This document shows positions 24,450 through 35,961 of a stretch of 64,000 nt of DNA, one piece after another (the stretch's first letter is position 1; each line of letters starts with the position of its first letter). Both the position numbers and the translations under genes were made by a program. Source of the stretch: Malacoraja senta (Eukaryota); NCBI GenBank assembly GCA_038087875.1, contig CM075999.1, positions 62,001 to 126,000 of the forward strand. Reading direction: 5' to 3'. The notes beneath the pieces are model-generated. The model searched no databases. It had not been told where the DNA came from and was given only the letters and a program-made list of their open reading frames with translations.

Positions 24450-26220
24450 GAGGTAGGTGGACCTGGTTCTCATGGGAACATACTAACTGGATTAAGTCCA
24501 AACGTTGGAGGCAGATTACGTCTCTTCTATAAACATTGGATGAAGATGACTTCAGATGTGGTAATTCTGAATAATATACAAGGATTTCGAATTGAATTCA
24601 ATCCAAATTATGATTTGCCTGTCCAGCATGTTCCTAGCAGAACTCTCCACTTTGCGAAGTAATGGAGGTTCAAGCTGCGCTTCAAAACCCTATATATAAA
24701 AGGTGTTATTGAAGAATCAGTCTACCAAATTCACCAATTGGGTCAAATATATTCCCTCGATCAAAAAAGGATGGAGGATGTAGGATTATTATAGACTTGA
24801 CAAGTCTGAATCCTTTTGTTCAGTGTCTGTTCACTTGCAAGATATGAAGTATCTTAAATTTACATGGATGAACCAATTAGGGCAGTTCAAAGCTCTGCCT
24901 AATGGGTTAACGTTCGCTCCCAGAATATTCATAAAATTGTTAAAATCAATTCTGGTGTTGCTGAGAGCCAGGGGCATGTACTAATGGCATACCTGGATGA
25001 TGTCCTGATTATAGGAAGGACAAAACAGTCAACAGAAGCATCGGTTGCAGTTATGAAATCAAACTTTTGAAAGTTTGGCGGTTTCTAAATTCATCCAAAG
25101 AAATCAAGGTTAAAAACATGTACCTCGATTGATTATTTGGGGTTCACAATTGATTCAGCCCAAATGCAAATTACTTTGCCCAGTGAAAAAAAAAAAAAAA
25201 AAAAGGGTGGAGTTGATTAAAGATTGCAGTAATCTGTTAAACGAGCAAAAACCTCTAATCAGACAGGTGGCTCGAGTACTGGGAAAATTAGTAGATTCCC
25301 AGCAGTCCAGTATGGACCATTACATTATCAACAGCTGCAGAGAATCAAAGGCACTGAGAGTAAATGCTGGTCATTTTGATAGAACCATGCAAGTAACAAC
25401 AAATGCTGTTTCTAATCTGCAGTGGTGGATTCTACATGTCTCAAGCAGTTCAGGCAAAGTGCTGATTGAACAACCTTCCATGATATTACAAACTGATGCC
25501 AGTGCACTAGGATGGGGTGCAACTGACTTAACATCTAGCTGCGGAGGCAGATGGAGTCAGGAAGAGTTATTGTTACTGCAGACATGGGGAATTACCTATT
25601 TGGAGCTTTTAGGAGGTTTCTATGGACTCCAAGCTTATGGTTCTAACACAACTAAAAGAAAGGTTCAAGTTAAAATTAATAAACACAACAGCAGTTGCCT
25701 ATATTAATGATATGGGTGAAATTAAGTCGGTGTCATGTGACAAAATGGTTAAATCAACTTTGGTCTTGGTGTATTGAAAAGAACATTTGGATTTCAGCTA
25801 TCTATCTACCAGGTAGAATGAACACGATAGCAGACACCAGGTCACGAAAGTTCCATGATAATAAAGAATGGATGTTGTATCAAGAGGTATTCAATGATAT
25901 AGTAATCAGATTTGGAATGCCCGACATCGACTTGAATCATCAGCTATCGAGGTATGTCTCATGGAAACCAGATCCAGGAGCAGTGGCGATTGATGCTTTC
26001 TCGCTACATTGGGGTGGTATGTTTTCATATATATTTCCACCTTTCTTCCTCATAAGCCAATGTTTGCTTAAAATCAGGCAAGATGCTGCTTCAAGGGTAT
26101 TGGTAGTACCAGATTGGCCTACACAGCCATGGTATCCGTTGATATTAGAATTAACAACACAAATGTTGATGAAAGTCCCAAAAAGGAGTAATTTATTGCT
26201 GCACCCTGTAACAGGGTAAC
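24450..26220 (+). pseudogene. DIRS RT / RNase H / N6-adenine methyltransferase-like remnant
   Basis: VGGRLRLFYKHW; YLDD (TAC CTG GAT GAT at 24990-25001); LQTDASALGWG; YLPGRMNTIADTRSR; DAFSLHW...YIFPPF; many frameshifts. Confidence 0.9.
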
Positions 26221-26269
26221 AACATCCATTATATGATTGTTTGGATTTGTTGATTTGCAGGTTTTAAGA

Positions 26270-27232
26270 ATGCCTTTTGTGGGACGAGGACTGTCTGAGC
26301 GTACTGTGGACATGCTTACAGCAGCCTGGAGGAAGAGCACTCAAAAACAGTACCTGTCTTATATTAAGAAATGGGAAGAGTTCTGTGTACAAAAGAATGT
26401 GCAATAAAGTACTGCAGATATTTCAAATGTTTAGAATTTCTGTCAAAACTTTATTATGATGAAGGTCTGAGTTGTAGTGCAATTAATTCAGCCAGAAGTG
26501 CATTGTCCTCATATTTGGCTCTGGATTCAGAAAGAAACCCAATTGGGTCACACCCAATTGTTTCCAGACTAATGAAAGGAATCTTTAATTCCAAACCACC
26601 GAAACCTAGGTACATGACAATCTGGGATGTAAGTGTGGTACTGAAACTACTTCGTGAATGGTCATCAAGTGTGTCTTTACCTTTGGCCAAGCTCAGTATG
26701 AAAGTATTAATGCTTATGGCATGAGTGACAGCACAACGAGTGCAAACACTTGGAAAATTACAAATAGACAGTATGGAAGTAACTGAAGATAAGGTTACAT
26801 TCTATATCTATGACCTACTAAAGCAAATTAGGCCAGGTGTGACAGGATTTAAAATTATACTAACAGTATATCCAAATGATCCTTGTCTCTGTATTGACAT
26901 ATTTGTTACAATACATTGAGGTCACAAAGAATTTGAGAAATACGGAAACTGGGATGTTGATCACACACAAGAAACCACACAAGAGAGTTTCAATACAGAC
27001 TATTTCCAGATAGATAAAAGAAGTCTTAACAGCTGCTGGTATTAACACTTATGTTTTTACATCTCACTCGACTAGGGCAGCGGAAACGTCGGCGGACAGG
27101 GCAAAAGACGTCCCCGTCGACCATATCCTCGCAGCCGCAGGTGGTCCAATGAGTTGATGTTTCAACATTTTTACCATCGGCCTATTGTTAATGCGGGATT
27201 GTTTGCAGAAACTATTTTAAGTTCTGTGTAAA
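26270..27232 (+). pseudogene. DIRS tyrosine recombinase remnant
   Basis: STQKQYLSYIKKWEEFC; SAINSARSALS; TAQRVQTL (catalytic R); SHSTRAA (HxxR, ~27062-27082); ILAAAG(W)S; FQHFYHR (catalytic Y). Confidence 0.9.
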
Positions 27233-27809
27233 TTCCTCTGGTTTAAAGGGGATCTGATTAATTTCATTATTGAAATGAATTACTGCATTTGTGGTACAAA
27301 TGTTATTATGAATGCATGATTGATTATTTCTGGTTCGAGTCAATCAATGCAGTGAGAAGCCGGGATTGATCCACGGCATGAAATCACAAAGCTTTAAAAT
27401 CTTCACGTAGTCACTCACGTGACTCCGAAGTAAAATAGTAAGATTAAACGAGAACTTACCTAAGTTTGAAGTTTGATCTTTATTTTATGAGGAGTTACGT
27501 AGGTGATTACGTGCCCGCCACGACCCTACCCTCTATCATAAAGGTCAGATGGAAGTTCTTGTATTACTCGTTTTATTATGAGACTATATTACTTCGGTTG
27601 TTGTTTTTTGTGATTTCACACCGCTGCTTTAAAGATTGACGCGCAGGCGCACTGGCGGGGTTCTTCACGTAATCACCTACGTAACTCCTCATAAAATAAA
27701 GATCAAACTTCAAACTTAGGTAAGTTCTCGTTTAATCTTACTATTCTACCAGGTCACCTCTCAGCCTCTTTCACTCTAGCCTGTCCAATCCTCCACCCTC
27801 CAACACACT

Positions 27810-27951
27810 TCTTCTGCTTCTTGCGTATGGCATGCACAGCCTAAAGTTTTCGGACAACTTGTTCTATTTGATCTTATTTGATTGTGCACGCCAGGTTGAT
27901 TGCATTCGTTGAAACAGGGTGGACCACGTGAAGGTTGCAATCTCCCACCCC
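27810..27951 (-). mobile_element. 142-bp SINE-like retroelement with 5' HDV-like ribozyme and (GAA)n tail (copy 1)
   Basis: 12-bp TSD ctccaacacact (27798-27809, 27952-27963); ends ...ccatacgcaagaagcagaagaa; second copy at 30021-30163. Confidence 0.85.
27898..27951 (-). ncRNA. minimal HDV-like (CPEB3-type) self-cleaving ribozyme candidate
   Basis: GGGGUGG GA GAUUGCA ACC UUCACGU GGU CCACCCU G UUUCAA CGAA UGCAAUC: P1 7 bp with G1-U wobble, P2 7 bp perfect, P3 3 bp, 1-bp P1.1, J4/2 CGAA. Confidence 0.8.
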
Positions 27952-28239
27952 CTCCAACACACTCACAACTGACTGGCTTAGATAGGGCATCTTGGTTAAC
28001 ATGGATGAGTTGGGCCGAAGGGCCTGTTTCCATGCTGTGTGACTCTATGACTCTCAACATGTCTGACTATCCCCAAGCATGTGCTCAGGAGTGAAGCGCC
28101 GTCATGTGACAGGCGGCGTGAAATATTACGCAACGTGCACGTGGAGAATTTTACAACATTAAACATCTCCAGAATGCTCTTGAGACCTCTCCAGGAACAT
28201 CTGCAGCACAGTCCCCATGTGTGAGGTCCTTATGTCTAG

Positions 28240-28368
28240 GAAGGAACTGCAGATGCTGGTTTACACCGAAGATAGATACAAAATGCTGGAGTAACTCAGC
28301 GGGACAAGCAGCATCTCTGGATAGAAGGAATGGATGACGTTTCGGGTCGAGACCCTTCTTCAGACTGA
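28240..28368 (-). mobile_element. PLE-derived short repeat with best-preserved hammerhead-like core
   Basis: Minus strand agt-CTGAAGA-a-gggtc tc gaccc-GAAAC-GTC-atc (28333-28366). Confidence 0.7.
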
Positions 28369-28444
28369 GAGGTCCGCATATCACTTTACCTGTTTCAATT
28401 AAACACCCAGCTTATGCTAATTAGCGTCACTCCTTCCATGCTAA

Positions 28445-28776
28445 GATAAGGTGAATGGACAGCGCCTTTTACCCAGAGTCGGCAAATCAAGAACAAGAGG
28501 ACAAAGGTATGAGGTGAAAGTGAAAAGAGTTAATAGGGACATGAGGGGCAACTTCTTCACTCAGAGATTGGAGGGTATTTGGAATCAGCTGCCACAGGAA
28601 GTAGTTGAGGCAGGTACAAAACAGCATTTAAAAGACATTTGGACAAGTACATGGATGGGAAATGTTTAGAGGGATAGGGGCCAAACACAGGCACATGGGA
28701 CTAGCGTATATGGGGCATCTTGATCAGCATGGGCGAGTTTGGCCAAAGGACCTGTTTCCGTGCTGTATGACTCCAT
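28445..28776 (+). mobile_element. CR1-like LINE 3' fragment
   Basis: LLPRVGKSRTRG...MRGNFFTQRLEGIWNQLP plus conserved 3' tail. Confidence 0.85.
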
Positions 28777-29179
28777 CCCTAGAAATTCCACAGGGATTCT
28801 CGGGAGAATGATAGACAACGCTTCATGCAATGCAATGAACACGGATCTCTATTAAGCCAGCAATCGTCGAAACAGCATTGAAACAACCACAGTGATTTGT
28901 ATTTAATGTGGTAAAATGTCCCAAGGCACTTTATGGGAAGGAGCTCAACCAAAATTTGGCATCAAGCCATATAAGGAAAATTAATGCAAAAAACTGGCTC
29001 AAACTAACAGGTTTTAATGAAAGTGTTAACAGAAGAGAGTGAATCGGTGAGATTTAGGGATGGAATTAAAGAATCTGGAGCTAGCTTAAGAAAATTGGAG
29101 CAAGAATAGGTCACTAAGCCTCACGAGCCAGTCTGATCGTTCAAATCATCATGGTTGATCCCCCCCCCCCCCCCCCTTC

Positions 29180-29775
29180 AGAAGAGGTTGGACAAACTAG
29201 GATTGTTTTCTCTGGACTGGGAGACCTGACAGAAGCATATCAAATTATGAGATGCATATTATAGGGTAGACAGAATCATTCACTCAAGGTGGAAATATTA
29301 AAGACAACAGGGCATAGGTTTAGGTTGAGATGGGCAAAGTTTAAAGAAGATGTGCAAGGCAAGTTTTATTACACAGAGGGTGGTGGGTGCCTGGAACGCA
29401 CTGCCCAGGATGGTGAAGGAGGCACTTATGATGGTGGCATTTAAGAGACTTTTAGATAGGCAAAGGACACAAAATGTTCTCTGGAGAACACGGCTAGGTG
29501 ACGTTTCGGGTCGGGATCTTTCTTCAGACTCAAAGCGTCACCTACCCATGTTCTCCAGAGATGTTGCCTGACCCGCTGAGTTACTCCAGCACTTTTTCCC
29601 CTTTTGCGTAAACCAGCATCTGTAGTTCCTTGTTTCTACTTTTAGTCTGGCACATGTATATATGGGAATGGAGAGAAATGGATCACATGCAGACAGAGAA
29701 GATTAGTTTAACTTGGCATCATGTCCGACATGGACATTGTGGGCTGAAGGGCGTGTTCCTGTGCTGTTTTATGTT
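29180..29775 (+). mobile_element. CR1-like 3' fragment interrupted by inverted PLE modules (~29466-29638)
   Basis: FITQRVVGAWNALP...FKRLLDR; the internal PLE modules lie in opposite orientations. Confidence 0.7.
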
Positions 29776-30020
29776 GCTGAACCATTTAGTGCAGGAGATT
29801 TTCACTCAGTTGATGGTCGGGATTGCAGACGCGAGTACCTGCCAGCAGAGGGCTGAGGTTTCCCTCTCAGGAGTGGAGCTACTGTATGCTCAATAACATG
29901 AACTAATTGTAAACTTACAACAATGTAACTCATAACAGAAATTATTCAATGATGTACACTCTATCATTATAATGTACAACTCACTTACCAATTACCACTC
30001 TGTGTTGTAAATTGAGACCC

Positions 30021-30163
30021 TTATTCTTCTTCTTGCATATGACGTGCACAGCCAAAAGTTGTAAGACAACTTGTTCTATTTGATCTTATTTGATTGTGCA
30101 CACCGGGTTGATTGCATTTGTCGATACAGGGCGGACCACGTGAAGGTTGTAATCTTCCACCCC
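30021..30163 (-). mobile_element. 143-bp HDV-ribozyme SINE-like element (copy 2)
   Basis: 11-bp TSD aattgagaccc (30010-30020, 30164-30174); colinear with 27810-27951. Confidence 0.85.
30110..30163 (-). ncRNA. minimal HDV-like ribozyme candidate (copy 2)
   Basis: GGGGUGG AA GAUUACA ACC UUCACGU GGU CCGCCCU G UAUCGA CAAA UGCAAUC; one P2 mismatch, putative catalytic C retained. Confidence 0.7.
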
Positions 30164-32764
30164 AATTGAGACCCAATAATCCTTGACAAGCTGTTCATGT
30201 TCTTGGCATTTTCAACAACAGCCACTTCTCAGCCTCAAAATAACTTCTTCCTGTTTACAAACTTTTTATTTAACTAGGTGTATTTCAAACCATTCTCAAT
30301 TGACTCACCAGAACTGCTGGTGTCATAGAGTCAAAACAGACATGGAAACAGGCCCTTCGGCCCAACTTGTCCATATCGTTCGAGATGTCCCACCTATACT
30401 CGTCCATTTTGAGCAAGTCCCTCTAAACCTTTTCTATCCATGTAACTGTCCAAATGTCTTTTAAATGTTGGTATAGTATCTGCCTCAACTACCTTCTCTG
30501 AAGTCTGAAGAAGGGTCTCGTCCTGAAAAGTCACCTTCAACCTTTGCCCTCTAGTTTCGGATTCCCCTTCTCCATCCAAGTAACTGCTTGAATTCTCTCT
30601 GATCCACCCCTCTCTCCTTCAGAAACCAAGTACCAGTTACCTTTCCTAGAATTGATTGCTTCAGATTGAGCCCGAAATTGTTCTCAAGATACTTCTTGTT
30701 GGCTTTGTGAAGCTGTCAATATTTGATGAATCGGTCGTTTGAAAGATACAGCATTGAAACAGGCCCTACGGCCCAACCTGTTCATGACGATCAAGGCAGC
30801 ATTCTGGTTAGTCACGTTTGTCTGGATTTGCCCCATATTCCACTCAACCTTTTCTAACCATATAAATGCCCAAATGTCTTTTGAAGCTCATAAATGTATC
30901 TGCTTATGTAGCTTCAACAGGCAGCTCATTCCAGGGATGGACTACCCCTACTATATATAACATATTTTTATAGTTTTGTATTTTTAACTTGCAGTAATAA
31001 AAATAACCTTATACTTATTAAAAAATACATTTAGAAAATCCTGAGATGAAAAATGATGTTGCTATTGCGAGTCAGAAACTCTCTAGTTTCTAACCACCTT
31101 TCCCCGTTGACACAGTTGTCTTTATGACATGACTTTCTATAAAGCGAGGTTTGTTCGGGACACTACAATCGTGTTATATAAAACTATGTGAAGCTAGCGA
31201 AGAATCCGTCTGAAGAAAGGTCCTGACCCGAAACGTCGCCTGTCTGTGTTCTCCAGGGATGCTGCTTGACCTGCTGGGTTACTCCAGCACTTTTTGTGTA
31301 AACCAGCATTTGCAGTTCATTGTTTCTACAGTCAAATACTTCATTCTGCTGGACTGAGCGGCACACACAGACAAACACATGAGTTAGGAGCAACATTTGG
31401 CCACTTAATTCCTCGTCTTCTCCGCCATTCAAGGAAGATCAAGGCTGATATAATTGTTGCAACTTCAACCTGGCATCCTCTCAGGATTTCCTGTCAACGC
31501 TCACCCCATGCTAATGAAGAGTCTATCTACCTCTGTCTTAAACCATTCAAAGGCTCTGCTTCCACCGCCCTTTGAAGGAGAGAACTCCAAACACTAATGA
31601 TCGCCTCATCTCAGGCACAAATAGTGGTATTCCTAGTGGTAGATTCCCCCACAAGAGGATACACCTTGTCTGCATCCACTCTGTTGAGGCTCCTCAGGGA
31701 CTTCTATGTTTTTATGTATAAGTACCTTCTCAATGTCTGAACTCTAATGGATATGCACCCTACCTGTCCAACCTTTCTTCATAAGACAACCTGCCTATTG
31801 CAGGTATCAATGCAGTCAACCTTCTCTGAACACATTAACGTCCTTTCTTAAATACTTTGCATGGTGCTCCAGATAAAGTCTCAATAATCAACTCAAACTT
31901 GTTCAATTCCCACACACAACAAACTACAACATTCTGTTAGCTTTCCCATTACTTTGCAGATGAAATGAAAGGTAGTACATTTAGGTAGGTAGACATGAGT
32001 CTCATGTTTAGTTGTGATAGGTACCAACAACAGAACAAAATATCCTTACTTGCAACAGCAAAACAGGCCTGTAAACACAATGCACGCAGGTGCATATAAT
32101 TAACAAAAAATCAAAATTAATTAAATTAAAAACCACAATACTAGTGTAAATAAAGCCAGAGTCCTAGTGCATAGTGGTCCATAGTTCATAGCTGAGGTTA
32201 GCGCTTTGTTGTTCTCAAAAGCCAAATAGTTGTTGGGAAGAAACTATTCTTGAACCTGGTTGTCACAGTTTTCAGGCTTCTGTACCTTCTTCCCAATGGT
32301 AGGAATGAAATGAGAGTGTGGGCAGAGGGAAGTGATATAGTCAAAGAGGTGCAAGAACAGGATATCTATGCACATGAACCTCTCAACATTGCAAACATAT
32401 GTGATCACTAAACTTTACCTAATTTCAGAACCTCCTTCAGTTTTTACAGTACTGTTCTTTTCTATCGAACATATGTTCACAGTTTACACTAAATTGGTTT
32501 TAATTCAATTTTGGCAGAAAGCTAAAGTATAGGCTTGGTGACTGGTGTGCATTGCAAAATTCATCTTGCATATTTATTTTTACAGATTTCTTTTATTTTA
32601 CATTTCGGTAACTTTACACGAACTTTGATCTCCTGAATTTGTAATGTTTCCTTTAACAGGGGAAAATTTGACTTCAAGGTCAAACAAATGTCCAGGTGAT
32701 ATTCTAAAACAAGAACTTAAGATAAGCCCTTACAAATAACAGGAGAGTATCAAGTAACCTAAAT

Positions 32765-32980
32765 CCCCTGTACGAGGTAATTCACGAGTTCTCCAGAGTT
32801 TTCTCCTGATTCGAACTCGGAGAATGTCCATAGCGGGTCTGTAGGAGTTCGTGGATGTCTTGTAGCGGCTCGTACGAGTAAAAAGTAAGAACAAATTTCA
32901 TCACGAGTATTTATTTACTCGTGGACATTTTTTACATGGATGAAAAAACGTCACTAATTTACCAGATGTCCCGAGTACCG
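32765..32980. mobile_element. Harbinger-MITE-like fragment (one end only)
   Basis: Resembles the internal part of the 1476 and 4734 MITEs (cgagtt...gaactcg...gtaggag...cgagtaaaaa...ttttactcgt); no paired TIR. Confidence 0.5.
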
Positions 32981-33194
32981 AGTACACATTCAATGAAGTG
33001 TATTGCAATGTGTTTCCCAGACAATGGGGCAAGACAAGGTTATTGCGGAGGGATGGGGCATGAGATGGAATAAAAATATTTATTGGGGAGGGATGGGAGG
33101 TGAAGTAGAATAATATTTATCCAGATAATAACTAGCTTACTGCTGTCCCAGAGCCTATCACTCTGATTACTGACTATCCATGGATGTAGGCAGA

Positions 33195-33345
33195 GCCTTT
33201 CTTTAAAGCCCATCCATAATGGCCTTGAGAAGATGCTGTTGAGACACCTTCTTGAACCACTGCAGTTCTCCTGTTGAGGGCCCACCCATAGAAATGTGAG
33301 GTCAGGAGCTCCAGGATTACACCTGTGCTGATGAGGGAAGACGAT
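33195..33345 (-). mobile_element. old L2/CR1-type LINE 3' end fragment
   Basis: gcccatccataatggccttgagaag...ccttcttgaaccactgcagt resembles the reverse complement of a common elasmobranch LINE tail (from memory). Confidence 0.5.
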
Positions 33346-33892
33346 GCATTTCCAAGACCAGGCTGGTCCAGGAACAATGGGAATCATTAGATATAAAAGC
33401 TGGAAAGCGTGTACCACCAGATTCTGGAAGAGCACCTCCCCTCTTCCCCCCTTTCCACCCCCCACTCCCTCGTTAACAGGCTCCGGAATTGTACTTCCAT
33501 AAGCTCGGCTACTGCTTAGAACTGGTGGGCAGTGGACTTTGTCTGTGGAACTGATACTGACAACTATATTCTGCACTCTGTATCTTCCCCTTTGCTCCAC
33601 CTATTGTTCTTGAGCTTGGCCTGATTGTATTTATGTGTAGTATTAGAGTCATAGAGTTCAGTTCAGTTTCAGTTTAGTTTATTGTCACGTGTACCGAGGT
33701 ACAGTGAAAAGCTTTTGTTGCGTGCCAAACAGTCAGCGGACAGACAATACATGATTACAATCTAGCCATTTACAGTGTTTGGATGCATGATAAGGGAATA
33801 ACGTTTAGCACAAGGTAAAGCCAGTAAAGTCCAATCAAAAATAGTCCAAGGGTCACCAATGAGGTAGATAGTAGTTCAGGGCTGGGGAGTCA

Positions 33893-34200
33893 CACAGCGT
33901 GGAAACAGGCCCTTCAGCCCAACTTGAGCACACCGACCAAATGACCCATCTACGCTAGTTCCACCTGTCTGCGTTTGGCCCATATCCCCCTAAACGTATC
34001 CTATCCATGTGCCTGTCCAAATGTTTCTCAAACGTTGCGATGGTGCCTGCCTCAACAACTTCTTCTGGCAGTTTGTTCCATGCACCCACCACCCTTTGTG
34101 TAAAAAACGTTACCCCTTAGGTTCCTATTAAATCTTTCCCTTCTCACCTTAAAACTATGTGCTCTAGTTCTCGTTTCCCCTACGCTGGGCAATAGATTGT
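33893..34200 (-). mobile_element. CR1-like 3' fragment
   Basis: SVGETRTRAHSFKVRRERFNRNLRGN plus 3' tail. Confidence 0.85.
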
Positions 34201-34802
34201 GTTTATCTGATTTGTATGGATAGCATGCAACACAAAGCTTTTCACTGCACCTCGGTACACGTGTCAATGATAAACCTATACATAAACCTAAGTGTCCATG
34301 CCTTTAAAGATTATAGTTCAAGCTCTTTGAAACGCTGTCAAGGAAGCATCAGGGAGCTTCTCAGCAAGGATCATTGCTCAGCAAGGATTTTTGTAGACTC
34401 TTGGTCAAGAACATTAGCACCTGGATGCCAATCATGGCTGCAAAGTGGATGCACAAGGAACTGCAGATGCTGGAACTTTTGAGCATAAAACTAACAAATG
34501 GACGAGGCAGCATCTGTGTAGGGAATGGACAGACAATGTTTTTGAGTCTCGAAAGAAGGAGGTTCCTGACCCAAAACATCATCTGCCCATTCCCTCCACA
34601 GATGCTGCCTGACCCGATGAGTTCCTCCAGCAGTTGCCTGCAACGTGTAGGTGTAAACTTCTAAACACCACCCATAGAACATCAAAATTAGAACATTATA
34701 GCACAGTTACAGGCCTTTCAGCCCACAATGTCCATGCCAAAAGTAATGACAAAATAATCTGATCTCATATGCCTGCACGTGATCTATATTCCTCCATGGC
34801 CT

Positions 34803-35002
34803 NNNNNNNNNNNNNNNNNNNNNNNNNNNNNNNNNNNNNNNNNNNNNNNNNNNNNNNNNNNNNNNNNNNNNNNNNNNNNNNNNNNNNNNNNNNNNNNNNN
34901 NNNNNNNNNNNNNNNNNNNNNNNNNNNNNNNNNNNNNNNNNNNNNNNNNNNNNNNNNNNNNNNNNNNNNNNNNNNNNNNNNNNNNNNNNNNNNNNNNNNN
35001 NN
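34803..35002. other. assembly gap (200 N)
   Basis: Run of N. Confidence 1.
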
Positions 35003-35783
35003 CTGGAGGGGGGGGGGGGGGGGGGGGACAAAGACTAGAGATGAAAATGGGACAAAAGGGTGTCAGATAAGCATGAAGGTTTTTGAAATGCAGAAGATGG
35101 AGGCTCAATAGCCAGAGTAACATGCTTATATGTAAGCAGGATAATCCAACAGTTGATAGGATGATATAAAATCACTGCAGCGGATGGGCAAGGGGATATA
35201 TAAATGCAATCTAATTACTCTCTCAGCATTAGCTCTAATTTAAGTCAATACCACCGTGAGAGGAGATGTGATCCGGTGGAAAGAGCTGTGTGTGTGCAAA
35301 GCTCAATTATTCCTCAATAAAAGAAGAGTTGTTTGTTTGGGTTTCTGTAATTTATGTCTCACATAATGAACATATTTTATGAAATGACACAAGATTTTGC
35401 TGCATAGAATCATTCCACTGCTCCTCAGGATTAAAGCTTTCAGTGCATGTAGGGGCTTAGCAATGACCTACATTTATAAAAGGAAACACAAGATAAAATA
35501 GCATATTAAAAAAAAAAACATGTTAGCCAACCGGGGAATTAATCTTCTAAATGTCTTCCAAGTAGTTTCTCTGGGAATAGTTGCATTAATTGCCTTGCAG
35601 TAATCCCGAGTGGGTTGGCTTATGTGTAACGTGATACATGAACTGGATTTCAATTCTCATTTGAAATGTGTCTCTGCTGTTCCAGCCGAAATACTAAATT
35701 AAGTTGGATTTATTTCCTTTTTCTCTCACGTCCTTCAGTATTCATTGATTCAATGGTATTTTATTGTCACATGTACCGTGATG

Positions 35784-35961
35784 CAGTGAATCGCCACGCT
35801 TCTGCTGCCATCTTCTGCTCTCCAAGTTTGTGGCACCACCCGGTGGTTAGGCCACTTATTGGGCGAACCCTCGGCCCTAGACCCAATTAGTGGCCTAACC
35901 AATGGGTGGTGCCACAAACTTGGAGAGCATAAGGTGGCAGCAGAAGCGTGGCGATTCTCTG
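35784..35961. mobile_element. 178-bp palindromic MITE-like hairpin
   Basis: cagtgaatcgccacgcttctgctgcca...attggg pairs with cccaatt...tggcagcagaagcgtggcgattctctg; CAG...CTG termini. Confidence 0.75.

Larger units (their letters stand above)
22957..27745 (+). mobile_element. DIRS1-like tyrosine-recombinase retrotransposon (complete span, decayed ORFs)
   Basis: Left ITR 22957-23019, right ITR ~27637-27698 plus extension to 27745, ICR 27402-27513; gag-like, RT, RNase H, MT-like and YR remnants in the expected order. Confidence 0.95.

Noticed and set aside
26270..27232. Phage integrase or Crypton
   Set aside because: The YR lies downstream of RT/RNase H within ITR/ICR termini, so it belongs to DIRS.
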